A DNA stretch of 64,000 nucleotides from contig JANQKE010000089.1 in the NCBI GenBank assembly GCA_028281265.1, positions 2,249-66,248 of the forward strand, written 5' to 3'. This document shows positions 48,919 to 58,885 of this stretch, piece by piece. Source of the stretch: Alphaproteobacteria bacterium. Lineage in GTDB: Bacteria; Pseudomonadota; Alphaproteobacteria; DSM-16000; Inquilinaceae. Numbering within the stretch: the stretch's first letter is position 1; the number at the start of each line of letters is the position of its first letter. The translations under genes were made by a program, and so were the position numbers. Below the pieces are notes generated by a model. That model ran no database searches. It saw nothing but the letters and a program-made list of their open reading frames with translations, and was not told the origin of the DNA.

Positions 48919-50295
48919 CTAGGCCGCCTCCGTGGGACGGCGGACGGCCTGCAGCATGAAGGCGGGGGTGTGATCGCCGAAGCCGACAACCGACGCCCCG
49001 TCCGGCTCCCGCTCCGCGGCGCCCGGCGGGCCGCCGGCGCCCTGGCGCCGCCCCGGTCTGGCATCGGCCTTGGGGGCCCGCTTCCCGGCCGTCTTCTTCG
49101 CCGCAGCGGCGCCCTTCGATCCTCGGCCTTCCGGTTTTTCCTCGGGAGCGCCGTCGGGGACATGGCCGCGGGGCTCGAGACCTTCGAGCGTCTCCAGCGG
49201 CAGGTCCTGCTTGGTCAGGCTGCGGATCGCCTTGAGGAATTTGTCGTCGGCCTTGGTGTAGAGGGTGAAGGCCTTGCCCTTCTTGCCCGCCCGGCCGGTA
49301 CGCCCGATCCGGTGGACGTAGTCCTCCGCATTGATCGGTACGTCGAAGTTGAAGACGTGGCTGAGATCGCTGATGTCGATGCCGCGGGCGGCGACGTCGC
49401 TGCACACCAGGATCTGGATCTCGCCGGCACGGAACAGGTCGAGCGTCTCGGTGCGGGCCGGCTGCGACATGTCGCCATGCAACTGGCCGCAGTTGAACCC
49501 GTGCTTTCTGAGCGAACCGTGCAACACCGAGACGTCGCGCTTGCGGTTGCAGAACACCAGGGCCGAGCTCACCGGCTCGGTCTGCAGCAGGTAGCGCAGC
49601 GCCCGACGCTTGTCCTCGATAGCCACGTGGCAGACGGCCTGTTCGATGGTCGCCGATGTCGTGGACGGCCTCGCGACCGCGATTTCCGCCGGGTCGTCGA
49701 GAAACGCGTCGGCCAGCCGCCGGATTTCCTTGGGCATCGTGGCGGAGAAGAACAGCGTCTGCCGCTTGCGCGGCAACAGGCCGACGATGCGCTCGATATC
49801 CGGGATGAACCCCATATCGAGCATCCGGTCGGCCTCGTCGATCACGAGCAGGCGGGTGTCGGCGAGCAGCACCTTGCCGCGCTCGAACAGGTCGATCATC
49901 CGCCCCGGCGTGGCGATCAGCACGTCCACGCCCCGGTCCAGCTTTCTGACCTGTTCGTCGAACCGCTCCCCGCCGATCAGCAGCGCGTATTCCAGCTTGT
50001 CGTACTTGCCGTAGAGCTCGAAATTGTCGGCCACCTGGGCCGCCAGCTCCCGTGTCGGCTCCAGGATCAGGGAGCGCGGCATGCGGGCCCGCGCCCGGCC
50101 CGTGGCAAGCCGGTCGATCATCGGCAGCGTGAAGCCGGCCGTCTTGCCGGTTCCGGTCTGCGCGATGCCGAGGACGTCCTTGCCCTCCAAGACGACCGGG
50201 ATCGCCTTGGCCTGGATTGCGGTGGGTTCGGTGTAACCGACATCGGCCACCGCGCGCAGGACGGACGGCTTGAGGCCGAGTTCCTCGAAAATCAT
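48919..50295 (-). CDS. rhlE: DEAD-box ATP-dependent RNA helicase (RhlE-like) with basic C-terminal tail
   Basis: In-frame ATG at 50295 (MIFEELGLKPSVLRAV...). Q-motif, AQTGTGKT, DEAD (VIDEADRM), SAT, HRIGRTGRAG. Confidence 0.88.
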   Translation of the reverse strand: MIFEELGLKPSVLRAVADVGYTEPTAIQAKAIPVVLEGKDVLGIAQTGTGKTAGFTLPMIDRLATGRARARMPRSLILEPTRELAAQVADNFELYGKYDKLEYALLIGGERFDEQVRKLDRGVDVLIATPGRMIDLFERGKVLLADTRLLVIDEADRMLDMGFIPDIERIVGLLPRKRQTLFFSATMPKEIRRLADAFLDDPAEIAVARPSTTSATIEQAVCHVAIEDKRRALRYLLQTEPVSSALVFCNRKRDVSVLHGSLRKHGFNCGQLHGDMSQPARTETLDLFRAGEIQILVCSDVAARGIDISDLSHVFNFDVPINAEDYVHRIGRTGRAGKKGKAFTLYTKADDKFLKAIRSLTKQDLPLETLEGLEPRGHVPDGAPEEKPEGRGSKGAAAAKKTAGKRAPKADARPGRRQGAGGPPGAAEREPDGASVVGFGDHTPAFMLQAVRRPTEAA

Positions 50296-50436
50296 AGACG
50301 CCGATGGGTTGAGAGTGCGGACCGGTGCCGATGGCGTATAGTCGCCATCCAAAGCTTCGGCGGAGCCTTAGGAGAAAGCCGGCACCCTGTCAAACCGACG
50401 ACTGGCTCGCAGCCGATAAGCGGGAAGGTTTGTGCT

Positions 50437-50979
50437 ATGCGTCTCTCGCGCGATGATTGTGTGCTTGCGGTGATCGATATCCAGGATCGGCTGTTTCCGG
50501 CGATTGCCGACGCGGACGCGGTCCTCGATCGGGCACGGCTGGTCGGCCGCGCGGCCACGCGGCTGGGGGTGCCGGTCATCGTGACCGAGCAGTATCCCAA
50601 GGGGCTCGGTCCGACCCTGCCGGCGATGCGGGAGGCGGTACCGGGGGCTTGGCGGGTGGAGAAGACCTGGTTTTCCGCCGCCGCCGACCCCATGGCGGCC
50701 CCGGCCTTCGACAACGGTCCCCGGCATACGGCCGTCCTGGTCGGCACCGAGGCGCATGTCTGTGTCCTGCAGACGGCCATGGACCTCAAGGCGGCCGGCC
50801 GCCGGGTGGTGATGGTGGCCGATGCGGTCGGCTCCCGCGTGCCGGCCGACAAGGCCGCCGCGCTGGACCGGGCACGGTCCCAAGGCATCGAGATCGTGAC
50901 GGCGGAGATGGCGGCGTTCGAATGGCTTGAGCGGTCGGCGACGGCCGAGTTCAAGGACGTCATCACATGGATCCGATAG
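50437..50979 (+). CDS. isochorismatase-family hydrolase
   Basis: This is the only credible part of ORF 48751..50979. MRLSRDDCVLAVIDIQDRLFP..., VLVGTEAHVCVLQTAMDL (catalytic Cys context). Confidence 0.8.
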   Translation: MRLSRDDCVLAVIDIQDRLFPAIADADAVLDRARLVGRAATRLGVPVIVTEQYPKGLGPTLPAMREAVPGAWRVEKTWFSAAADPMAAPAFDNGPRHTAVLVGTEAHVCVLQTAMDLKAAGRRVVMVADAVGSRVPADKAAALDRARSQGIEIVTAEMAAFEWLERSATAEFKDVITWIR

Positions 50980-51716
50980 CGCCGACGGACCGGGGTCGAC
51001 TGCCGCTCGTGCTGGTCCCGGGCCTGCTGTGCGACGCGGCGCTGTGGTCCGCCATCCTCGACTCGTTTGCGGCCGAGCGCCCGGTGGTCGTCGCCGACGT
51101 CACCGGGTCCGGCAGCATCAACGGGCTGGCGGCTTCGGTGCTGGGGCAGGCGCCGGCCGGCCGTTTCGCGCTGGCCGGCCTCAGCATGGGAGGCTATGTG
51201 GCGATGGCGGTGGCCCGCGCCGCGCCGCGGCGGGTGGCGGGGCTGGCGCTGCTCAACACCACCGCCCGCCCCGACCGGCCGCAGCAGACCGACCGCCGCC
51301 GCCAACTGATCGCGATGACGGAAGCCGGCCGTTTCGGCCCCGTGCCGCGGCTGCTGGTACCGACCATGGTCCCACCGGACCGGGTCGACGAACCGGCGAC
51401 CGGCGGGGTGTTCGTCGCGATGGCCCGCCGGGTCGGGCCCGATGCGTTCATCCGCCAGCAGACGGCCATCATGGGACGGATCGACAGCCGTCCGTCGCTG
51501 CCGTCGATCCGGTGTCCGACCACGGTGATCGCCGGGACGCTCGACACGCTGACCCCGCCCGCCGTGATGCGGGAGATCGCCGATCTCGTCCCGGGGGCGG
51601 TGCTGCACGAGATCGAAGGCTGCGGCCATCTTTCGCCGCTGGAAGCGCCCGAGGCGGTGCGGACGGCGCTGGACACTTGGCTTGCGGCCGTCGATGCCGA
51701 CCCTTCCCGACCGTGA
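50967..51716 (+). CDS. alpha/beta-fold hydrolase
   Basis: LVLVPGLLCD..., nucleophile elbow GLSMGG, C-terminal GCGHLSPLE. 249 aa. Confidence 0.8.
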   Translation: MDPIAPTDRGRLPLVLVPGLLCDAALWSAILDSFAAERPVVVADVTGSGSINGLAASVLGQAPAGRFALAGLSMGGYVAMAVARAAPRRVAGLALLNTTARPDRPQQTDRRRQLIAMTEAGRFGPVPRLLVPTMVPPDRVDEPATGGVFVAMARRVGPDAFIRQQTAIMGRIDSRPSLPSIRCPTTVIAGTLDTLTPPAVMREIADLVPGAVLHEIEGCGHLSPLEAPEAVRTALDTWLAAVDADPSRP

Positions 51717-51729
51717 TCACAGGCCCCGA

Positions 51730-53709
51730 TCAGATGTCGAGATCCGTCACCGCCTGGGCATGGGTCTGGATGTAGCGCAGGCGCAGCTCCGGCTTGCGGC
51801 CCATCAACTGACCGATCAGGTCCTTGGTCGCCGCCGGCCCCTCGTCCTCGTCATCGGCCGGGATCACCACCTGCCACAGGGTCCGCGTCCTGGGGTCCAT
51901 GGTGGTTTCCCGCAACTGGGCCGGCATCATCTCCCCCAGGCCCTTGAAGCGGCTGACCTCGACCTTGGCGTTCGGCTTGAATGCCGACGTCATCAAAGCC
52001 TGCCGATGGGCGTCGTCGCGGGCATAGACCGACGTGCCGCCATGCTGGAGCCGGTAGAGCGGCGGCTGGGCCAGATACAGATGTCCGTCGGCGATCAGAC
52101 CCGGCATCTCCCGGTAGAAGAAGGTCATCAACAGCGACGCGATATGGGCGCCGTCGACATCGGCATCGGTCATGATGATGACCTTGTCGTAGCGCAGTGC
52201 CTCTTCCCGGTACTGGTTGCGGGCGCCGCAGCCCAGCGCCAGCAGCATGTCCTGGATTTCCTGGTTGGCGGCCAGCTTGTCGGCCGACGCGCTGGCGACG
52301 TTCAGGATCTTGCCCCGCAGCGGCAGGATGGCCTGGGTCTCCCGGCTGCGGGCGGCCTTGGCCGACCCGCCGGCGGAATCGCCCTCGACCAGGAAGATCT
52401 CGGTGCCGGCCGCCGCGGTTCGGCTGCAATCGGCCAGCTTGCCGGGCAGGCGCGCCTTGCGGGTCGCGGTCTTGCGGGCGAGGTCGCGGGCCTGGCGGCG
52501 GCGGATGCGCTCCTCCGCCCGGGCGGTCAGGCGCTCGATCAGCCCGCCCGCGGCCTGCGGATCGGCCGACAGCCAATGATCGAAGTGATCCTTGACCGCG
52601 GCCTCGACCAGCCGCGCCGCCTCGGTCGTCGCCAGCTTCTCCTTGGTCTGGCCCTGGAACTGCGGATCCCGGATGAACACCGAGACCAGCATCGCCGCGC
52701 CGCCGACGATATCGTCGGCCGTGATCGCCTGGGCCCGCTTGGCCCCGGCCATGTCGGCGAAGCCCTTGATCGCCCGCGACAGCCCGGTGCGGAAGCCCTG
52801 CTCATGGGTCCCGCCCTGCGGCGTGGGCACGGTATTGCAGTAGGTATGGGTCAGCGCCTCCTCATCCTCCGGCCAGGCGATCGCCCATTCCACCCGTCCC
52901 TTGCCGTCCGGAAACGCCGCCTCTCCGGCGAACGGCCTGTCGGTGACCGTGGCGCGGTCGCCGATCACCGCCGCCAGGAAGTCGGCCAGGCCTCCGGGGA
53001 AATGCAGAACATCCTGGGCCGGGGTGTTGGCGTCCGGCGGCAGCGAGGCCGGATCGCAGGACCAGCGGATCTCCACCCCGCGGTAGAGATAGGCCTTCGA
53101 GCGGGCCATGCGGTACAGCCGGTCCGGCCTGAACCGGTTCTCGCCCCCGAAGATCTCCGGATCGGGGTGGAAAGTGACGGCGGTGCCGCGGCGGTTCTGC
53201 ACCGTGCCGGCTTTGTTCAGCGGTCCCAGCGGCGTGCCGCGGGCGTAGTCCTGCACCCACAGCACGCGGTCGCGGGCGACCGCCACCCGCAGCCGGTCCG
53301 ACAGGGCATTGACCACCGACAGCCCTACGCCGTGGAGGCCGCCCGAGGTCTGATAGGCCTTGTCGGAGAACTTGCCGCCCGAATGCAGGGTGGTAAGAAT
53401 CACCTGCAGGGCGGAGGTGCCCGGGTATTTCGGGTGCTCGTCGACGGGAATGCCGCGGCCGTTGTCCCGGATGGTGACCGCGCCGTCCCCGTCGAGCGCG
53501 AGTTCGATCCAGCTCGCATGGCCGGCCACCGCCTCGTCCATCGCGTTGTCCAGGACCTCGGCGACCAGGTGATGCAGCGCCCGCTCGTCGGTGCCGCCGA
53601 TATACATGCCCGGCCGCCGGCGCACCGGCTCCAGCCCCTCCAGCACTTCGATGGCACTGGCATCATAGGCCGGGGCGGTCGTGCGGGCGGTGGCGAGCAG
53701 ATCGGGCAT
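51730..53709 (-). CDS. parE: DNA topoisomerase IV subunit B
   Basis: MPDLLATARTTAPAYDASAIEVLEGLEPVRRRPGMYIGGT..., GHKL ATPase (EVLDNAMDE, GGLHGVG), TOPRIM (EIFLVEGDSAGGSA). The short C-terminus matches ParE rather than GyrB. Confidence 0.88.
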   Translation of the reverse strand: MPDLLATARTTAPAYDASAIEVLEGLEPVRRRPGMYIGGTDERALHHLVAEVLDNAMDEAVAGHASWIELALDGDGAVTIRDNGRGIPVDEHPKYPGTSALQVILTTLHSGGKFSDKAYQTSGGLHGVGLSVVNALSDRLRVAVARDRVLWVQDYARGTPLGPLNKAGTVQNRRGTAVTFHPDPEIFGGENRFRPDRLYRMARSKAYLYRGVEIRWSCDPASLPPDANTPAQDVLHFPGGLADFLAAVIGDRATVTDRPFAGEAAFPDGKGRVEWAIAWPEDEEALTHTYCNTVPTPQGGTHEQGFRTGLSRAIKGFADMAGAKRAQAITADDIVGGAAMLVSVFIRDPQFQGQTKEKLATTEAARLVEAAVKDHFDHWLSADPQAAGGLIERLTARAEERIRRRQARDLARKTATRKARLPGKLADCSRTAAAGTEIFLVEGDSAGGSAKAARSRETQAILPLRGKILNVASASADKLAANQEIQDMLLALGCGARNQYREEALRYDKVIIMTDADVDGAHIASLLMTFFYREMPGLIADGHLYLAQPPLYRLQHGGTSVYARDDAHRQALMTSAFKPNAKVEVSRFKGLGEMMPAQLRETTMDPRTRTLWQVVIPADDEDEGPAATKDLIGQLMGRKPELRLRYIQTHAQAVTDLDI

Positions 53710-53857
53710 GGCGGCGACAATAGGGGGCAAGGCCGGTCTGCATCAAGCAGATGCTGCGGGCCGGTGCCGATGTGGCTACAACATATCGCGGCTACAAGCG
53801 GTCGGGGCGGACACCCTGCCGGCAACCCACCGCGATCCGGGACGAAAGGGCTCACCC

Positions 53858-54283
53858 ATGAACCAGCGTGACGACGGTGGCGTGCCCCTGCCGGCCGGGG
53901 AACCGGCGCTCAAGACCATCGCCATGCCGGCGGACACCAACCCCAACGGCGACATCTTCGGCGGCTGGCTGCTGAGCCAGATGGACCTGGCCGGGGCGGT
54001 CGTTGCCTATGACCGGGCGCAAGGCCGGGTGGCGACGGTGGCCCTCGACGCGATGAGCTTCCTGGCCCCGGTCGCCGTGGGCGATCTGGTGCTGTGCTAT
54101 GCCAGCCTGGTGCGGGAGGGCCGCACCTCCCTGTCGATCCGGGTGGAGAGCTTCGCCCGCCGCCGCGGGACCGAGCGCGCGGTCAAGGTCACGCAAGGCA
54201 CCTTCACCTATGTCGCCATCGACGAGGACGCCAAGCCGCGGGTTCTGCCGGACGCGGGCGCGGCACCCGGACCGCGGGGGTGA
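53858..54283 (+). CDS. acyl-CoA thioesterase (hotdog fold, YciA-like)
   Basis: In-frame ATG at 53858. MPADTNPNGDIFGGWLLSQMDLAG...FLAPVAVGDLV. Confidence 0.85.
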   Translation: MNQRDDGGVPLPAGEPALKTIAMPADTNPNGDIFGGWLLSQMDLAGAVVAYDRAQGRVATVALDAMSFLAPVAVGDLVLCYASLVREGRTSLSIRVESFARRRGTERAVKVTQGTFTYVAIDEDAKPRVLPDAGAAPGPRG

Positions 54284-54353
54284 GACCCCGGCCGGGGGGC
54301 GGACCGGGCGCAACCGGCGGTCGCGCCCGGTCGGGAGATGCGAAGGATCGGGG

Positions 54354-55961
54354 CTACCCGAACACCACGCCGGGGAACCAGGTCGCCAGCGCCGGGAACA
54401 TCGCGATGATCGCGAGCCCGACGAGCTGGATGGCCACGAACGGGATCGCGCCCCGGTAGATGTCCATCGTGGTGATCTGGGGTGGGGCCACCCCGCGCAG
54501 ATAGAACAGCGCGAAGCCGAAGGGCGGGGTCAGGAAGCTGGTCTGGAGGTTCATCGCCATCATCACCCCCAGCCAGATCGGGTTGAGCCCCATCAGCAGC
54601 AGGATCGGGGCCACGATCGGCACCACGACGAAGGTGATCTCGATGAAGTCCAGGAAGAAGCCCATGATGAACATGACGATCATCACCGCCAGCATGGCAC
54701 CGAAGACGCCGCCGGGGATGTCTTCGAGCAGCCTGTGCACCGTCTCGTCGCCGCCGAGCCCCCGGAACACCAGGCTGAACAGCGCCGCCCCGATCAGGAT
54801 GGTGAACACCATGGCGCTGATCTGCGCCGTCGACTTCATCACCGCCTGCAGGATCTGCTCCCGGAAGACCCGGACCAGGCTGACGGCCATGCCGTAGATC
54901 AGCCCGGCGGTCAGCAGCACGGCCGCCCCGATGCCGATCATGTCGCCGGTCGGGATCACCCGGCGGGTGACCCGCAGATCGACCATCGCGGTCAGGACCA
55001 GCAGGCCGACCAGGCTGAGGCCGGCGATGTAGATCGGCATCGCCTTGTCGCGGTCGAGGCGGTGGCCGGCGAGCAGGAGCGCGCCGATGGCGCCGACCGC
55101 CGCCGCCTCCGTCGGCGTGGCGATCCCGGCCAGGATGGAGCCGAGCACGGCGATGATCAGGATGATCGGCGGGGCGAGCGAGCTCACCGCCCGGAGAACG
55201 ATCTCCTGGTCGGACATCCCGGCATGGGCCTCCGAGGCCGCCATCGCGGGGGAAGCATCGGGCCGGATGACGGCGATGAACACCTGGTACAGGATGTACA
55301 TGCCGACCAGGATCAGCCCGGGGATGAGGGCACCTGCGAACAGGTCACCGACCGATACCGTCTGCGGCACGAAGCTGAAGTCGCCGGCGGCCCAGGCTTC
55401 CTGCTGCAGGGTGAGCTGGACCTCCTGGTAGGCGTTGGAGATCTGGTCGCCCAGCAGCACCAGCACGATCGAGGGCGGGATGATCTGGCCCAGCGTGCCG
55501 GCCGCACAGATCGACCCGCAGGCGAGCTTGGGGTCGTAGTTGTTGCGCATCATGGTCGGCAGGCTGAGGAGCCCCATGGTGACCACCGTCGCGCCGACGA
55601 TACCGGTGGAGGCGGCCAGCAGCGCGCCCACGATCGACACCGAGATCCCCAGACCGCCGCGCAAGGTACCGAACAGCCGGCCCATGTTCGCCAGCAGGTC
55701 TTCGGCCACCCGGGAGCGTTCGAGCATCACCCCCATGAACACGAACAGCGGTACGGCGATCAGCACCTCGTTGGTCATGGTGCCGAAGATGCGGTTGGGC
55801 AGGAAATTCACGAAGCTGATGTCGAACACCCCGGCTGCCCAGCCGATCAGCGCGAAGGCCAGCGACACCCCCGCCAGCGAGAACGCCACCGGGAAGCCGG
55901 CCATCAGCACGACGCACACCGTCGCGAACATAAGGATGTCGAGGATGGTACGGAGATCCAT
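54354..55961 (-). CDS. TRAP transporter large permease (DctM family)
   Basis: 535 aa polytopic protein. ...IAVPLFVFMGVMLERS... and a C-terminal FGFALFYLRGVAP are typical of DctM-family members. Confidence 0.9.
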   Translation of the reverse strand: MDLRTILDILMFATVCVVLMAGFPVAFSLAGVSLAFALIGWAAGVFDISFVNFLPNRIFGTMTNEVLIAVPLFVFMGVMLERSRVAEDLLANMGRLFGTLRGGLGISVSIVGALLAASTGIVGATVVTMGLLSLPTMMRNNYDPKLACGSICAAGTLGQIIPPSIVLVLLGDQISNAYQEVQLTLQQEAWAAGDFSFVPQTVSVGDLFAGALIPGLILVGMYILYQVFIAVIRPDASPAMAASEAHAGMSDQEIVLRAVSSLAPPIILIIAVLGSILAGIATPTEAAAVGAIGALLLAGHRLDRDKAMPIYIAGLSLVGLLVLTAMVDLRVTRRVIPTGDMIGIGAAVLLTAGLIYGMAVSLVRVFREQILQAVMKSTAQISAMVFTILIGAALFSLVFRGLGGDETVHRLLEDIPGGVFGAMLAVMIVMFIMGFFLDFIEITFVVVPIVAPILLLMGLNPIWLGVMMAMNLQTSFLTPPFGFALFYLRGVAPPQITTMDIYRGAIPFVAIQLVGLAIIAMFPALATWFPGVVFG

Positions 55962-55964
55962 CGG

Positions 55965-56555
55965 TCACTGCCCCTGCGCCGGGTGGCCGAGTTCCTGCTC
56001 GACGATCGACATCTCGGGATAGAACTCGTCCGCCGGTGCCCTGCCGGTGAGGGTCAGCCACGCCTTGGCCCCCAGCGAGATCCCCTGCAGGGCGACCAGG
56101 ATCGCAAACGCCCAGATCACGGTCTTGAGCAGGAACACACCCTGGATGCCGCTGGTCTCCCGGCTCCCCTCCAGGATGCGCCAGCTTTCGACCACATAGT
56201 CGAAGGACGCCCAGAAGATGCAGATGCAAAACGGCAGCAGCAGCAGCAGCGAGCCGAACAGATCGACCTTGGCTTTGCCGATGGCGCTGGCGGGCCGGTA
56301 GAAGACGTCCACCCGGACATGGCCGTTGGTCAGCAGCGTGTACCCGGCGGCCAGCATGAACAGGGTGCCGTGCGCATAGACCAGGGATTCCTGCACGAAC
56401 AGCGACGCCACGCCGAACACGTAGCGCATCAGCACCAGCAGGAACTGGACCAGCACCAGGAACAGCGCCAGCCAGGATACCGCCGTGCCGACCGTGTTGT
56501 TGAGCCCGTCGACAACACGGATCAGCGCGCGCAAGCCCGTCGATCGCTTGCCCAC
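55965..56555 (-). CDS. TRAP transporter small permease (DctQ family)
   Basis: 196 aa with four hydrophobic segments. Its stop lies 3 nt upstream of the large-permease start. GTG start. Confidence 0.8.
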   Translation of the reverse strand: MGKRSTGLRALIRVVDGLNNTVGTAVSWLALFLVLVQFLLVLMRYVFGVASLFVQESLVYAHGTLFMLAAGYTLLTNGHVRVDVFYRPASAIGKAKVDLFGSLLLLLPFCICIFWASFDYVVESWRILEGSRETSGIQGVFLLKTVIWAFAILVALQGISLGAKAWLTLTGRAPADEFYPEMSIVEQELGHPAQGQ

Positions 56556-56572
56556 CGTTTGCTCTCCCCTCT

Positions 56573-56676
56573 CTAGATCAACCTGCGTTCGGATGGGCTC
56601 ATCTGAACGCAGGTCGATCTACTTTAAAGAGTTGGAGCATCTTGTCTTGCGTCCGTTCGGACGCAGGATGCTCCAG
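56573..56676 (+). repeat. double-hairpin element family B, copy 3
   Basis: CTAGATCAACCTGCGTTCGGATGGGCTCATCTGAACGCAGG...CTACTTTAAAGAGTTGGAGCATCTTGTCTTGCGTCCGTTCGGACGCAGGATGCTCCAG. It lies 18 nt upstream of the TRAP small-permease start. Confidence 0.8.
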
Positions 56677-56887
56677 TGACCCGCCCCCGGACCGATAGCG
56701 CCCGCCGGGCCGAAGCGGGCGTTCTCATGGCGTCGCCGCGGTGGCCTGTCCACAGTAATCTGCGGCGTGTTCGGTCCGGAGCGGTGGTGATCCGTGCCCC
56801 CGATCATCGCCGCCGCCCGGCAGGGCCGGCCGTCCGGCGTCTGCCGGGGAGGTGGCGGGGCGTCGCCACACCGCTGGCAACGAACAA

Positions 56888-56924
56888 AGGCCCGAGCCGA
56901 TGCCGGCAGCATCGGCCCGGGCCT
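56888..56924 (-). terminator. intrinsic-terminator-like hairpin downstream of the TRAP substrate-binding gene
   Basis: Minus-strand reading AGGCCCGGGCCGATGC-tgcc-GGCATCGGCTCGGGCCT followed by TTGTTCGTT. It lies 66 nt after the SBP stop and upstream of dctQ/dctM. Confidence 0.55.
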
Positions 56925-56989
56925 CTTGGCATTGCCGCCGGCAGGGCGCTTTCCGGGCCTCCCGGGCGCGGCCACCGGCCGGGCGTGCC

Positions 56990-58096
56990 CTAGCCGGCCA
57001 ACACGGCCTGACGGGCGTTGGCGTAGCTCTGTTCCGCCAGGCCGGTCCACTCCATGGCCTTGGTACGGAAGTTCACGAAGCTGTCATGGATCTCGCCGAC
57101 GATACCGCCCTCGGCCCCCACTTCGGCCAGCACCTCTTCGGCCGCCGCACCGAACGCGGCGTAGACGTCGTCGTTGAAGCGGCGCAGGTTGACGCCGTAT
57201 TCGGTGACAAGGGTGTTCAGCGCATCCCCGTTGCGGGCGTTGAACTCGGCATACATCTCGTTATTCTCGGCCAGGCAGGCGGCTCTGATCAACGCCTGAT
57301 CGCTGGCCGACAGGCTGTTCCACAGATCGAGGTTGATGCCGCATTCCAGGGTCGAGCCCGGCTCGTGGAAGCCCGGGTGGTAGTAGTAGTCCGCGACCCG
57401 GAAGAAGCCGAACGCCAGATCGTTCCACGGTCCGACCCATTCGGTCGCGTCGATGGCGCCCTGCTGCAGGGCTGCGAAGATCTCGCCACCCGGCAGGTTG
57501 ACCACCGCCGCGCCGAGCCGGCGCAGCACTTCGCCGCCCAGGCCGGGCATGCGAAAGCGCAAGCCGTTGAAGTCTTCCGGGCTGTTGACTTCCTGGCGGA
57601 ACCAGCCGCCCATCTGCACGCCGGTGTTCCCGGCGGGGAAGTTGATGACGTTGAACTCCGCCCCCAGACGGTGCCACAGGTCCAGACCGCCCCCGTGCAG
57701 TATCCAGGCGTCGTTTTCGGGCGCGGTCAGACCGAACGGCACCGCGGTGAAGAAGCTGAAGCCCGGGCTCTTGCCGGGCCAGTAATAGGCGGCGCCGTGC
57801 CACATATCGGCGTTGCCGGCAGAGACGGCGTCGAAGCTCTCGAACGCCCCGACGAGCTCGTTCGCGGCGAACAGGGTGACCCGGAGACGGCCTTCGGTCA
57901 TCGCGGTGATCCGGTCCGCCAGCCGCTGTGCACCGGTGCCCAGGCCGGGGAAGTTCTTCGGCCAGGTGGTCACCATGCGCAGTTCGCGCATATCCTGCGC
58001 GATGGCCGGAGCGGCCAGGCTCGAAGCCGCCGCGGCCGCCGCACCGGCCCCACCCAGAGCCACGGATTTCAAAAGCTTACGCCGTTGGATCGTCAT
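56990..58096 (-). CDS. TRAP transporter substrate-binding protein (Tat-signal, DctP-related family)
   Basis: In-frame ATG at 58096. MTIQRRKLLKSVALGGAGAAAAAASSLAAPAIA twin-arginine signal, then LRMVTTWPKNFPGLGTGAQRLADRI. Confidence 0.9.
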   Translation of the reverse strand: MTIQRRKLLKSVALGGAGAAAAAASSLAAPAIAQDMRELRMVTTWPKNFPGLGTGAQRLADRITAMTEGRLRVTLFAANELVGAFESFDAVSAGNADMWHGAAYYWPGKSPGFSFFTAVPFGLTAPENDAWILHGGGLDLWHRLGAEFNVINFPAGNTGVQMGGWFRQEVNSPEDFNGLRFRMPGLGGEVLRRLGAAVVNLPGGEIFAALQQGAIDATEWVGPWNDLAFGFFRVADYYYHPGFHEPGSTLECGINLDLWNSLSASDQALIRAACLAENNEMYAEFNARNGDALNTLVTEYGVNLRRFNDDVYAAFGAAAEEVLAEVGAEGGIVGEIHDSFVNFRTKAMEWTGLAEQSYANARQAVLAG

Positions 58097-58448
58097 TGTT
58101 GTCCCTCCCATGTCGGACCACGCGGACTTCGGAATACCACCGATGGGAAGGGATCGACCGGCCATGACCGATCGTCGGGACCAGCGCCCGTGCGACGGTC
58201 CCCCGTATCCTCCCCATGCGCCGTGGACCTTGTGCGATGCCGTCGCGTCCGACGCTCATCGGCAGTCCCACTTGTGATATGCAATGCTGCCTAGACGTTC
58301 CGACATGGAAACGCAACGTCTTATCTCATGCGCGACATCCCAAGCCGAAGACTTTGCAGGGCTTCTGAAACCGCGCCGAAATCGGCCGGCCGCGACCAAG
58401 GGGCTGCGGCGTGCCGCGATCGCCGGGCGGCGGCATCGAGCCCGGCCG

Positions 58449-58805
58449 TCAGCTCCCCCGATAGGTCGCGTAGCTGTAGGGGCTCAGCAGCAGCGGCACA
58501 TGGTAGTGGGCGGTGGGATCGGAGACGCCGAAGCGGACCGGGATCTCGTCCAGGAACGGGGTATGCGGCAGGTCGAGTTGCCGGTCCTTGAAATAGGATC
58601 CGGCGTCGAACAGCAACTCGTAGACGCCGACCTCCAGCACCTCGCCTTCCAGCAGCGGCTCGTCGAGCCGGCCGTCGGCGTTGGTGAACACCGTCTTGAT
58701 CGGATGGCCTTGGCCGGCGCCGTCGACGCGGGACAGGTGCAGTTTGAGCCCCTCGGCGGGCTTGCCCAGCGCGGTATCGAGGACGTGGGTGGTCAGGCGG
58801 CCCAT
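58449..58805 (-). CDS. uraH: 5-hydroxyisourate hydrolase (transthyretin-like)
   Basis: MGRLTTHVLDTALGKPA...HYHVPLLLSPYSYATYRGS, the canonical HIUase C-terminal YRGS motif. 118 aa. Confidence 0.92.
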   Translation of the reverse strand: MGRLTTHVLDTALGKPAEGLKLHLSRVDGAGQGHPIKTVFTNADGRLDEPLLEGEVLEVGVYELLFDAGSYFKDRQLDLPHTPFLDEIPVRFGVSDPTAHYHVPLLLSPYSYATYRGS

Positions 58806-58885
58806 GAGGAAGCTCCGTCGGGGCGAAGGGAAGCGCGATGCATCGGGGGGATCAGTCTAGGCGGCCGGTCGCCCCGCTCCAAGGC

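Noticed and set aside
48751-50436. Upstream 560 codons of ORF 48751..50979
   Set aside because: This part is antisense to the DEAD-box helicase. Only the last 180 codons (from ATG 50437) look like a real isochorismatase-family protein.
58270-58292. Sigma54 promoter (GGCAGCATTGCAT, minus-strand reading) upstream of the TRAP binding-protein gene
   Set aside because: The GG and GC elements are separated by 7 nt rather than the 10 nt required in TGGCAC-N5-TTGCW.
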